64,000 nt of DNA from an uncultured delta proteobacterium (lineage in GTDB: Bacteria; Desulfobacterota; Binatia; Binatales; Binataceae). The translations under genes and the position numbers were made by a program. Every line of letters starts with the position of its first letter. Position 1 is the first letter of the stretch. The notes under the pieces were generated by a model, which saw only the letters and a program-made list of their open reading frames with translations, did no database searches and was not told the DNA's origin. The stretch spans positions 297,028-361,027 of the forward strand of contig CAVUUH010000027.1 of the NCBI GenBank assembly GCA_963744545.1, given 5' to 3'. Below are positions 41,051-50,366 of the stretch, piece after piece.

Positions 41051-41837
41051 ATGGATCTCGAGATTCATCAAATACGAGAAGCGCAACCATATCGCCTACA
41101 TCACGTTCAACCGGCCTGAGCGGATGAACGCGTTGCATCCGCCGTGTCACGTCGAGATGGACAGCGTGTGGGACGACTTCATCGCGGACAAATCGGCGTG
41201 GGTCGCGATCGTCACCGGCGCCGGCGACAAGGGATTCTCGGCCGGCAACGATTTGCGCTGGACCGCGGAGAATCGCGGGCAAGTGCTCGAGGGCCTTCGC
41301 TCCAAAGGCGGCTTCGCGGGAATCACCGCGCGCTTCGACATCTACAAGCCGATCATCGCGGCCGTGAACGGATTCGCGCTCGGCGGCGGATTCGAAATAG
41401 CGCTCTCATGCGATATCATCATAGCTGCGGAGCATGCGCGCTTCGGATTGCCGGAACCGCGGGTCGGTCTGATGGCCGCAGCGGGCGGCGTCCATCGTCT
41501 GCCCCGCCAGATTCCGCTGAAGATCGCGATGGGCATGATGCTCACGGGCAAACACATCACCGCCGCCGACGCATTGCGCTTCGGAATCGCCAACGAGGTG
41601 GTGCCGCTCAAAGATCTGATTCCCACCGCCGAGAAGTGGGCGGGAGAGATCATGGAATGCTCACCGCTGTCAATCCAGGCCTCCAAGGAAGCGGCGATGA
41701 CCGGCCTCGGCCTCCCGATCCATGACGCGCTCGCGAAGCATTACGATTTACAGGCGAAACTGTTCCGATCGAAAGACGCGATAGAAGGTCCGTTGGCATT
41801 CTCGCAAAAGCGAAAACCCAACTGGACCGGAGAGTAG
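41051..41837 (+). CDS. Enoyl-CoA hydratase (CaiD-like; frameshift near 41063)
   Basis: GGAG RBS plus ATG 41051; removing one base gives MDLEFIKYEKRNHIAYITFNRPERMNAL; FSAGNDL, AVNGFALGGGFE, FGLPEP. Confidence 0.9.
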
Positions 41838-41870
41838 AGCAGGGCACCGCGCCCACTACTCATTATTTTT

Positions 41871-41910
41871 GGTCCCCGTTCCACCAGGGGGAGGGGTTAG
41901 GGGTTAGGTT
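41871..41910 (+). repeat. Palindromic repeat family A, degenerate copy 2
   Basis: GGTCCCCGTTCCACCAGGGGGAGGGGTTAGGGGTTAGGTT. Confidence 0.75.
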
Positions 41911-41929
41911 CCGAGGAGTTGCGACCCCG

Positions 41930-42145
41930 ATGAATGAACTCTGGCTACTACACGACGCAATCGCCGCGCTGCTGGTCTTCGCGACGACAGTGGCCTTCCC
42001 CCCAATAGGGACAGGCGCATTCTGGACGATCGTCGCATTCTACGGCGTGGTGACAATCCTGTTCGACGATGAAACCCCCCGCGGCGTCCCCGGCATGGAT
42101 TACTTCTACGCAACCCGCCCGCACCTGAAGGACCCGCAGAGCTAG
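41930..42145 (+). CDS. Small membrane hypothetical protein
   Basis: GAGGAG upstream; two hydrophobic segments. Confidence 0.45.
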   Translation: MNELWLLHDAIAALLVFATTVAFPPIGTGAFWTIVAFYGVVTILFDDETPRGVPGMDYFYATRPHLKDPQS

Positions 42146-42170
42146 GCTACGAACTCAAGTCGTCGTGCCG

Positions 42171-42410
42171 ATCCTAACCTCCCCTTGTCCGAGGGGAGGT
42201 CGGCGCGAGCCGAAGGCGAGCGACCGGGAGAGGTACAACGCCGGCAGGTGCAACTCGCGTAGTTGTGCTGCTGTCAGACGGGGCCCGGTGTCTCTGCACT
42301 TAGGTTAGACCAGTCGGCGCGTTGCGCTGTCCGGTGCTGCACCTCTCCCGGCGACACCGCTTTTCAAGCGGCTTACGCCGACCTCCCCTCGGACAAGGGG
42401 AGGTTAGGAT
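42171..42410. repeat. Long inverted-repeat element (CCTCCCC/GGGGAGG REP-like)
   Basis: ATCCTAACCTCCCCTTGTCCGAGGGGAGGTCGGCG at the left end and its exact reverse complement at the right end; inner CCGGGAGAGGT/ACCTCTCCCGG. Confidence 0.85.
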
Positions 42411-42441
42411 TCGGATTCCGCATGTTTCGAGATTGCCAAGC

Positions 42442-45093
42442 TCATTGAATGTTCACCGATCCTGACGTTGCGATTTTCAGTTTCCAGTTTGCGATTTCCG
42501 GATACTGGTTCGTGTTCAATTGGTTCGTGAAGGTGATCAGGCGCGCGGTGTCGGGGCCGTGACCCTCCTCGGCGCGTTGCCGCAAGTAATACGGCGGGAT
42601 GCTTTGATAGTAGAGTGTTGCGTTCACCGCGGCGGCGTTGGATGGTAGCGGTATTTCGTAGCGCACCACGCTGCAACCGCATCCGTTTTGGTAGCTGGGA
42701 TCGGCGCCCGTTCCTACAGGAGCGGTGATGCCGGCGTTGGGGCCGTTGAATGATCTTCCCATCGGTTGGATGCGATTGTCTTTGACCTTATGGTCGAGAC
42801 TTAGAAAGCTGGTCGTCAACAAGCCCTGGGGATCGGTCGCCAGTTCCTCGTAGATCTCGACCTGGCCGTCACTGGTGATTGGATCGTCCATCCAGAAATG
42901 AGGTTGAAAGTTCTGTTGCGTCGCGCTGAAAAATTCGGTCGTCAGCGGATTGCCCACATTGTCCACGATGACGCCGTCTGAATTGGTATTGCCCGAGGCC
43001 CACAGCACGTTCCCTTCGGCGTCGAGCACCTGGAAGTTCAGAAAGGCGCGTCGGAAACTCACTCCAGAAGGAAAGTTGTGCCCCGCAAGATTCTGTACTT
43101 GCACATCGGCTTGTAACGTCGCGCCCATCCTGGTCGCCGACATGACAGTCACTTCGGCGGTGCTGGTCTGTGCTTGAGTTATCGCCTCTGCGATCGCGGT
43201 CTTCTGACTGAAGATTTGCTTGGCCAAGGGATTCGGCAGGTTGGGATCGAATTTGAAAAGCCCCAGCTCCGCGCGAAACTGATCGAACATCTCGAGTGCG
43301 AACAGATTGATCCCGAGCAGTTGATGGCGCCGATACGGCGACCGCGATTCCAGCATCAGATCGGCGTCGGGCAGGCGCGTCGACGGCCCATGATCCGGCA
43401 CCTCGGGAAACGTATCGTCCTCGATATTTGCGATTTTGAACTGCAGCGGATTGCCCTGGTAGCTGTCGGGCATGTGGCATTGCTGGCACGGAATAGTGAT
43501 GAAGCCGCTGTTCAGCCACTCGAAAAAGGTAGTCTGCTCGTATTCGGATTTAGGCTCGCCATTCTCGATAGCCGGATTGCCGTTGGCGTCGAACACCGGC
43601 AGCAGGATCGTGTGGCATGACGCGCACAGGCTCGCATTCTGTACCTGGGAACCTTCCTTGGGCGTGATTCCCTCGGCGTTCTGCATCGGAATCGGGATAA
43701 CGCTATCGCCGGTCTTGGCTCCCGACGGATCCGTATCCGAAGGGAACGGTCCGTACACCTCACTTGCGGGGCCAACTTTGAAAAGGCCGGTGTCGGTCGA
43801 CGGATCGGCAAGCTTGTCATCGGTCATGTGATGGCAAACCGCGCATGAGACGCCGTCGCGCGAGAGTGCGCCGTATTTCGATTTTGGATCCTGCAATACG
43901 GCTCGCGTGAGCAAAGTATTCGGCCCGTTGCCTTTGTCGATGTGGAACTGACGCTGACCCATCACACCGTGGCATCGAAGGCAGAAGTCCTGAACGAAAG
44001 CCGCGCCGTCAGCGTGACCGGCCAAATGCCCATGAAGCGTGGACTCAGTATCCAGCTGCGCGAAGAAGATCGGGTCGCGTCCCGCCAGGCCCATCATCGA
44101 GTAACGCCATTCACCGAACTGAGACAGGTTCGCGGGCGTCGAGCTCTGCGCACCAAAGATCATGTTGGGGACGAGGCCGGCGAGCGTGCCGGTCGCGTCG
44201 TGACACTCGGCGCATTGGTCAGAGGTGACGAACTCCTCGGGACCGCCGGCGGACTTCGCGGCCGGGACTACGTGATCGAATGCCTGCGAGACCATGCACG
44301 GGGGAGACGTGCTCGGCAAGGACTTCAGATTGGCAAAGACAGAATTCGGCACGCGAGTGACGAACATCGGAGCCTGCTCGGCTTCCGAGGTCTCCGGCGT
44401 TTCCCGCGACGAAATATTGTGCATGTCTTCGATCATCGCCGACGCGTCCGCGAGCGTGCCGGTGGCGCCGACGCTCGGCGGATTCAGATAGGCGGTACTG
44501 GAATAGGTCCCCGAATTTGCAATCGCCGACGCGTGGCAATTCAGGCAGTACAATCCCGCGCCATTGAACTGGACCTGCGGCTCGGCACATCCTCCGCCGG
44601 GCGCGGGCGTCGGCGTAGCATTTGGATTTCTGGGCGTGGGATTCACCAGGTCGGCCCAATACCATCCGTCCCACGACAGGTTCGAGTCTTTGACCATCAC
44701 GGTCCATTCGGACAATGGAGCGGTCGGGCTCTGAAACTGCTCCTTCACCACCATCGCGCCGTCGGGCACGGGACCGATGCGGTTTTTCACCGTGATCCAG
44801 TCGAACAGCGGCGGCGAGTACCAGACCCTGACGAATGGATGAACTCCGTCGCTGGTGCGCACCTGCGCGTCATGCTGCCAGTTTTGTTTCTGATAGCAAA
44901 GATTGTTCATGAAGGGAGTCAGGTGAGTCAGAAAGCTCGGATCCACAGCGGCTGGCAAGGGAGGACACGGCCCGGCATTCGGCGAAGAAGTGGGATTGCC
45001 GCCGTTACCGCATCCGCAAAGGATTGTGATTACAAGAAGAATGACGCACAGAGGCGTGCGCCTCAGGAACGCGTAACGGCTCATCTGTGGCAT
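42442..45093 (-). CDS. Lipoprotein multiheme cytochrome c with N-terminal cytochrome P460-family domain (6 CxxCH)
   Basis: ILCGC lipobox-like motif; PDGAMVVKE...VMVKDS...GWYW...CLNCH, then CAECH, CLRCH, CAVCH, CASCH, CQQCH; AGHNFPSG. Confidence 0.85.
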   Translation of the reverse strand: MPQMSRYAFLRRTPLCVILLVITILCGCGNGGNPTSSPNAGPCPPLPAAVDPSFLTHLTPFMNNLCYQKQNWQHDAQVRTSDGVHPFVRVWYSPPLFDWITVKNRIGPVPDGAMVVKEQFQSPTAPLSEWTVMVKDSNLSWDGWYWADLVNPTPRNPNATPTPAPGGGCAEPQVQFNGAGLYCLNCHASAIANSGTYSSTAYLNPPSVGATGTLADASAMIEDMHNISSRETPETSEAEQAPMFVTRVPNSVFANLKSLPSTSPPCMVSQAFDHVVPAAKSAGGPEEFVTSDQCAECHDATGTLAGLVPNMIFGAQSSTPANLSQFGEWRYSMMGLAGRDPIFFAQLDTESTLHGHLAGHADGAAFVQDFCLRCHGVMGQRQFHIDKGNGPNTLLTRAVLQDPKSKYGALSRDGVSCAVCHHMTDDKLADPSTDTGLFKVGPASEVYGPFPSDTDPSGAKTGDSVIPIPMQNAEGITPKEGSQVQNASLCASCHTILLPVFDANGNPAIENGEPKSEYEQTTFFEWLNSGFITIPCQQCHMPDSYQGNPLQFKIANIEDDTFPEVPDHGPSTRLPDADLMLESRSPYRRHQLLGINLFALEMFDQFRAELGLFKFDPNLPNPLAKQIFSQKTAIAEAITQAQTSTAEVTVMSATRMGATLQADVQVQNLAGHNFPSGVSFRRAFLNFQVLDAEGNVLWASGNTNSDGVIVDNVGNPLTTEFFSATQQNFQPHFWMDDPITSDGQVEIYEELATDPQGLLTTSFLSLDHKVKDNRIQPMGRSFNGPNAGITAPVGTGADPSYQNGCGCSVVRYEIPLPSNAAAVNATLYYQSIPPYYLRQRAEEGHGPDTARLITFTNQLNTNQYPEIANWKLKIATSGSVNIQ

Positions 45094-45325
45094 TACTAAG
45101 GTTCGGTTTCCCCCGGGCTCGCGACGAAGCCGGCGTCCTCGAGTCCCTCCGCAGGATGCTTGTTGAAAGGGGTCGCGTCAATTACCCGCACTCAATGACA
45201 AATTTTCTGAATAGAAATGTTGCGCGGAGAACGAAACTCTCAGGAACGGTGCAAGAATTCGTTTGACTTACGGCATGCACAAGTTTTGACGCGTTTGTGC
45301 TAGGATACACGGCATAGGTGACAGC

Positions 45326-45574
45326 ATGCCCATAAATTCTGTGATTCCCTCCCCGATCTTTGAGACGCTCAGGGACTCCGAGGATACCCTGCGGACCACG
45401 CTCGCCGAGCTGGCCGAGGATAAACGCAAACAGAAGCCGAATATCTCGGAGCGCAAGCTGGCCGAATATCTGGCCGATCAGATGGGCTATCGCGGTGCGA
45501 AGAACGTAGAAGCGCTGGTGGCTTCGCGCGAGCGAATCTTCAAGTCCCGCCAAGCGGTGGGTTTAACCAAGTAG
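45326..45574 (+). CDS. Small hypothetical protein
   Basis: 82 aa, host-like codons, predicted helical; divergent from the cytochrome gene. Confidence 0.55.
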   Translation: MPINSVIPSPIFETLRDSEDTLRTTLAELAEDKRKQKPNISERKLAEYLADQMGYRGAKNVEALVASRERIFKSRQAVGLTK

Positions 45575-45876
45575 CATCGCCCACTCCGGCCCCGTTACCT
45601 CGGGGCCGGTCCGTATTGCCAGCGGAATCTGAGGCGCCGCCAAAGTCGCCGGAGTCCGCGGCTGTCGCCGAGCGCGGTTAGCATCCGAGCGTTGTAAACG
45701 AATTGTCCTCTCCAGTCTCGAGGCACTGCATAAGACATGAGGTTTGCCTTTCATCTTATAGATACTAATTGGGTCTATTGTCGTCGGACGCTGCCAGATA
45801 GCATCGAGTCAGTAAGAATGCAAACGTCGCAGAGTACGATTGGAAAGTTGGTCGGCAGCTCTCTTTCCACTTTCTG

Positions 45877-46596
45877 CTAGTGCCCAAGGTGACGGCCGAA
45901 GAACGCCTGGATGCGTTTCCAACTGTCTTCGGCGGCCTCAGGATTGTACTCGGCCTTCATCGGGCCGATTTTTCCGATCCACGGCAGGAATCCGCTGTTG
46001 CGGCTCATGAAGCTGTGGCCCGCATCCTCGTAGACCTTGACGTCGTGATCGACCCCCATCTCGGTTAGCAGCTTTCCGAGCCTGCGGCCCTGCGCCACGA
46101 ACATCCGGTCCTGGCCGCCGTAGCCGCCGAGCACGGGGCATACGCCGCGCAACTGTTCGGTGGTTTTGGGCACGTCGCCATAGAAGGTCGCGGCGACGCC
46201 GATTGGTGCGCGCGCGGCGAACATCAGCGCGAAACCTCCGCCCATGCAAAAGCCGATGACGCCGATGCGCGCGGAATCGACGCCGGGCTGCTGCTGCAGG
46301 AACTTGCGCGCCGCGTCGAGATCCTGGAAGGCGTCGCCCTCGCCGCGATTCAGCGTCATCAGCGTGCGCGCAATACAGATAAGGCGCGCGCCATCGCGAT
46401 CGTAGAGGTCGGGCGCGAGCGCGGCGTAGCCAAGGTCGGCAATCTTGCCGGTGATACGCCGGATGTCGTCGTTGAGCCCGAAAATCTCGTGGATAACGAT
46501 CACGCCAGGATGCTTCTGCCCATCAGCAGGCGCCGCATAAGCAGCGCGCATCGGCCGACCGTCGTGGGCGGGGAAGGTAATATCAGTGGTGGTCAT
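45877..46596 (-). CDS. Dienelactone hydrolase family protein
   Basis: HEIFGLN, APDLY, GFCMGG, YEDAGHSF. Confidence 0.93.
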   Translation of the reverse strand: MTTTDITFPAHDGRPMRAAYAAPADGQKHPGVIVIHEIFGLNDDIRRITGKIADLGYAALAPDLYDRDGARLICIARTLMTLNRGEGDAFQDLDAARKFLQQQPGVDSARIGVIGFCMGGGFALMFAARAPIGVAATFYGDVPKTTEQLRGVCPVLGGYGGQDRMFVAQGRRLGKLLTEMGVDHDVKVYEDAGHSFMSRNSGFLPWIGKIGPMKAEYNPEAAEDSWKRIQAFFGRHLGH

Positions 46597-46657
46597 CGGG
46601 TTAGCCTAATCATAAGAGTGTCAACGGCTCCAGTCAGAATCACGAGAGGAGCAGCAC

Positions 46658-46799
46658 CGGGATTCTTCGCTTCGCTCTAGAATGACACAGGAAAAGAACT
46701 GGAGAGCGAAAGGTCGTCCGCGACATTTCGCGATTTCCTTTCGCTGGGTGCAGGGGTCACCCCTGCCCAGGAAGTGTGAAACCACGGAGGTTTCACATT
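46658..46799. repeat. ~145-bp multi-hairpin intergenic element, copy 2 (inverted)
   Basis: Close to the reverse complement of 18917-19061. Confidence 0.85.
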
Positions 46800-46802
46800 A
46801 AA

Positions 46803-47684
46803 TTAAGTTTTCTTTTTCCCGATCTTCTTCCCCGCGCGATTCTTCGAGCGCGGTCCTGATCCATAGTCGCCGAATGGGTCATCACGCTCGCGCACTGCCT
46901 GACGGAAGCCTGCTGCCTGTGCGCGTGCGACGAAGTCGAGGCCTTCCTGCGTATGCCTTGCGATTCCATCGAACAGGGAGCCGACCAGCCGCGACGTCGC
47001 CAGCCCCATATTCTCGGCGGTGTGATTGCAGAGCAGCTTGAGCATCTCGAGTTGATTCGTGGGGACCTGCGCCATTCGCTCGGCAAGTGCAGTCGCGCGC
47101 GCGTCGAGGACTGCGTCGGGCACTGCTTCGAGGATTAGCCCGATCCGCGCGGCCTCGACGGCGGGGATTTCGTCACCCGTCAACAGGTAGCGCTTGGCGC
47201 GTTCGAGGCCCATCCGATAGACCCACATCGCGGTGGTCGGCGTGCCCCACACACGCGACGGTGGATAGCCGAAAGATGCGGACTCGGCGGCGATTATCAA
47301 ATCGGCGCATAGCACCATGTCGGTGCCGCCCCCGATACACCATCCGTGAACGGCAGCGATGGTGGGTTTCTTCGCGTACCAGAGTTTCATGTAGACGTTG
47401 ACGTATTGCGAGATCATCCCGTAGTCGGCGACGGAGTCCCACACGCGCTTGCGCGAGGTCTCGCCGGCCTGCGCGCGTGTCGATCCTCCGAGTGCGTAGC
47501 CCGCGCAGAATGCGGGCCCGTCTGCGCGCAGCAGGATTACGTGGACGTCATCGTCGGCGTCGGCGTTGTCGATAGCGTTGGCAAGTTCGTCGCGCAGATC
47601 AGGCGTGATCGTGTTGTACTCGTCGCCGCGCGTGAGCGTGATGATTCCGACGCCGTTGCGGGTCTCGGTGCGCAGAGTTTTCAT
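46803..47684 (-). CDS. Crotonase/enoyl-CoA hydratase family protein
   Basis: AFCAGY, AAVHGWCIGGGTD, FGYPPSRVWG; start set at ATG 47684 because the track extension runs through a repeat. Confidence 0.9.
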   Translation of the reverse strand: MKTLRTETRNGVGIITLTRGDEYNTITPDLRDELANAIDNADADDDVHVILLRADGPAFCAGYALGGSTRAQAGETSRKRVWDSVADYGMISQYVNVYMKLWYAKKPTIAAVHGWCIGGGTDMVLCADLIIAAESASFGYPPSRVWGTPTTAMWVYRMGLERAKRYLLTGDEIPAVEAARIGLILEAVPDAVLDARATALAERMAQVPTNQLEMLKLLCNHTAENMGLATSRLVGSLFDGIARHTQEGLDFVARAQAAGFRQAVRERDDPFGDYGSGPRSKNRAGKKIGKKKT

Positions 47685-47731
47685 GCGGATGGCATATAGC
47701 AGAGGAAGCGCTGAAAAAAGGACGGCCTTAC

Positions 47732-47854
47732 TACCTCTCCCCTCGGGAGAGGTCGACGTGAGTCTGCGAGCGGCGGGTGAGGGCGCGAGCATCGAACGCA
47801 ATGCCAGCGCCCTCACCCGCGCCCGAGGCGCGACCTCTCCCGAAGGGAGAGGTA
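47732..47854. repeat. REP-like doublet, family B (CCTCTCCC/GGGAGAGG)
   Basis: TACCTCTCCCCTCGGGAGAGGTCG...GCGGGTGAGGGCG...CGCCCTCACCCGC...CGACCTCTCCCGAAGGGAGAGGTA. Confidence 0.85.
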
Positions 47855-47862
47855 TTTCAAAA

Positions 47863-48558
47863 CTACGCGGCCTTCGGCTTCTTCTGCACCGGCGGCGTCG
47901 TATTGCTCATCCGGCGGGTTACTTCCTCGTCGCTCATCGTCCACAGGCGATCGTCTGCGGGATAGTCCATCAGCGGCTTCGACGGATCGGCCTTCGGCTG
48001 CGCGACCTTGCCGCCTTTCGATTCGAATTGAGCAGGATGCTTGTACTTCTCGACTTCTTCCGCGCTGATTCCGGCGAGCGCTTGCACTTCGGGATCGATC
48101 CACGCTTCCGCATCGATTGAGCCGCCCTCTGACGTCGAAAACTCGAGCATGATTCCTTCGGGCGCGGCGAGATAGATCGATTTGCAGAAACCGTGATCGA
48201 GCGGGCCCATCACCCAGTGCCCGTGCGAGCGGACGCGATCGCGAATCGCCATCAAGTCGGCCTCGCTGTCGACGTTGAGCGCCAGATGCTGCATCGCGCC
48301 CGGCGCGACGTTCTGCGTGGTGTGGCCGGCGTGCGAGACGCCCTTGATCGGCTGAATCTTGGCGACCTCGGGATGCTGCACGAATGCGATCGACGAGCTG
48401 TCGCTCAGTTTCATGAAGCCGTGGAAGGTGTTGTCGACGCCATGCATCCAGTAGAGCGCGACCAGCTCCATTCCGACGACCTGCGAGAAGTAGTCGATCT
48501 GCTTCTTGATGTCCTTGGTGCAGATTGCGAGGTGATGGACTCCGTTGGGTAGACCCAT
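47863..48558 (-). CDS. VOC/glyoxalase family protein
   Basis: GVHHLAI, GAMQHLALNV, SIYLAAPEGIMLEF. Confidence 0.88.
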   Translation of the reverse strand: MGLPNGVHHLAICTKDIKKQIDYFSQVVGMELVALYWMHGVDNTFHGFMKLSDSSSIAFVQHPEVAKIQPIKGVSHAGHTTQNVAPGAMQHLALNVDSEADLMAIRDRVRSHGHWVMGPLDHGFCKSIYLAAPEGIMLEFSTSEGGSIDAEAWIDPEVQALAGISAEEVEKYKHPAQFESKGGKVAQPKADPSKPLMDYPADDRLWTMSDEEVTRRMSNTTPPVQKKPKAA

Positions 48559-48712
48559 AATGCCGACCTCCGTGGTGAGTGATTCTGTTGTGCCACAACG
48601 CGGAGGCGATGACCAGAGACTGAACTTCCTCGTCCGTCATTCTGACGATGCGAGCAACGCCATCTGCGCGATCGTGGGAGCAATACTCCTGCACCTCACG
48701 CGTCGAGACCCG

Positions 48713-49021
48713 TCACCGCCAGTGGCCGTCATGCCAACCCCAGCCGTGGCCGCCTCTAATCCAATGTCCCGCTACCCACACGGCGCCTGGGAACGGGGCC
48801 ACCACGTAACTTCCGGGCACCCAGACATATTTGGTGCCGTCCCATGCCCAGTAGCCCGGCGCCCAGACATTCGCGGGCGGCGGCGGAGGGGGCGGAGGCG
48901 TCTCGACTACAGTCGCGGGCGGGGCGATTCCGACCGCTAGGCCGGCAGCGAGGCCCGAGATTGGGGTGAGCGTCAGGGCCGCGGCGAATAGAAACAGGAT
49001 AGGAAGTGCTCGCAGGCTCAT
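48713..49021 (-). CDS. Secreted YXWGXW-repeat protein
   Basis: Signal peptide, poly-Pro, VWAPGYWAW, VWVPGSY, VWVAGHW, WHDGHW; GGAGG RBS before ATG 49021. Confidence 0.85.
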   Translation of the reverse strand: MSLRALPILFLFAAALTLTPISGLAAGLAVGIAPPATVVETPPPPPPPPANVWAPGYWAWDGTKYVWVPGSYVVAPFPGAVWVAGHWIRGGHGWGWHDGHWR

Positions 49022-49273
49022 GGGTTCCTCCAGGATGGGGTCAAGGGATCGAGCCAACTTTCACAGAGTGCCACAATCGCCGGTTAGCGGCTACGGCCGC
49101 ATGTTCGCCGTTCAAGTTTCTGAGCGAGTCATTTCCACCAGTCACCGATCACCGCTCTGAGCTCGGGGGCGATCGAATTGGAATGCATCCACAGGTAAAC
49201 GACGACGAGACCGATCACGGCATAGCCGATCCACTTCGATAATACTCGGTCCATCGTCAACGGCTCTTTCCTT

Positions 49274-49358
49274 AAAAAAGAACGGGCCAGCGTTCGCCTT
49301 CTAAAACGCCAACCCGTTCCCCGACTGGATGAAGGGGGAGGCAGGACCCAGTCGCCAT
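49274..49358 (-). ncRNA. Candidate small RNA (anti-SD loop hairpin plus terminator)
   Basis: Minus strand: CGACTGG-gtcctgcctcccccttcat-CCAGTCG then GAACGGGTTGGCGTT...AACGCTGGCCCGTTC-TTTTTT; TGGACG-N17-TAAACA upstream. Confidence 0.45.
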
Positions 49359-49438
49359 TGTGTGTTTACTAGATTGGCAGGCGAGCGTCCAATGTCGAAA
49401 CTGCGCGGTGCCGTTTCTCAAATGACGCCGGCATCGAT

Positions 49439-50239
49439 TCATCGAGATTTGGCCGCTTTAGCTTCGTTCCATAGGGCGTCGATTTCGGACGGCGTCATCG
49501 ATTTCAGGTCGAGCCCTCGTGACTCTGCGATGCGCGCGACTTCGTCGAATCTCCCGACGAATTTGTCGCAGGCGGCGCGCAGAGTCGTCTCGGCGTCCTG
49601 GTTGAGGAAGCGGGGCGCGTTGGCGGTCGCGAGCATCAGGTCGCCCAGCTCTTCGGCGGCGCCCGCGGTGTCGTTGCGATCGAGCGCCTGCTCGACCTCG
49701 TCGATTTCCTCGCGCGCCTTCGCCAGCACGTCGCGGATGTTCGCCCAATCCATTCCGGCGCGGCGCGCTTTCTCGCCGAGTTTTTCTGCGCGCATCATCG
49801 ACGGCAGTCCGCGACCGACGTGCGCGAGGCTCCTGGCGCTGTCCAGGTTCTTGCTCGCGCGCTCGCCGACTTTGATCCGCTCCCAGTTCTCGACCACCTG
49901 CTCCGAAGTATCGGCACGCGTGTCACCGTAAACGTGTGGATGCCGCCGGATGAGTTTGTGAGCGGCGTTCTGCATGACGGTCGCGATATCCAGCTTCGAA
50001 TCCTCGGCGAGAATCACTCCAATGAACAGGCATTGCACTAAAACGTCGCCCAATTCCTCCGCAACGTCGGGCGGATTACTGCGAGCGATCGCGTCGGCCA
50101 CCTCGTATGTTTCTTCGATCAGATGCCGAGGAGTGTCGGCGAGTTTCTGTTCGCGATCCCACGGGCATCGCGCGCGCAGTTCCGTGACGACCTCGAGCAG
50201 TTTCGCGAATGCTTGCGCCGCATGGGTATCATCGCTCAT
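49439..50239 (-). CDS. mazG: Nucleoside triphosphate pyrophosphohydrolase
   Basis: CPWDREQ, EETYEV, EELGDVL, KLIRRHPHV, second EELGDL. Confidence 0.95.
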   Translation of the reverse strand: MSDDTHAAQAFAKLLEVVTELRARCPWDREQKLADTPRHLIEETYEVADAIARSNPPDVAEELGDVLVQCLFIGVILAEDSKLDIATVMQNAAHKLIRRHPHVYGDTRADTSEQVVENWERIKVGERASKNLDSARSLAHVGRGLPSMMRAEKLGEKARRAGMDWANIRDVLAKAREEIDEVEQALDRNDTAGAAEELGDLMLATANAPRFLNQDAETTLRAACDKFVGRFDEVARIAESRGLDLKSMTPSEIDALWNEAKAAKSR

Positions 50240-50271
50240 GCCGGCGATCCTACCATGCTTCTTTCTTATCT

Positions 50272-50311
50272 GGTTCCCCTTCTCACTATGGGAAGGGGTT
50301 AGGGGTTAGGT
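50272..50311 (+). repeat. Palindromic repeat family A, copy 3
   Basis: GGTTCCCCTTCTCACTATGGGAAGGGGTTAGGGGTTAGGT. Confidence 0.85.
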
Positions 50312-50366
50312 CGCCAATCATCCGCAGATTTCTCTAGCAGGGTGCCGAGCGTTAGAATCTCATCCC

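Noticed and set aside
43942-45099. 385-aa plus-strand ORF and similar long antisense ORFs across the window
   Set aside because: Typical high-GC shadow ORFs opposite well-supported genes.
47685-47816. N-terminal extension of the crotonase
   Set aside because: It is the translation of a family B palindromic repeat; the domain starts at MKTLRTE.
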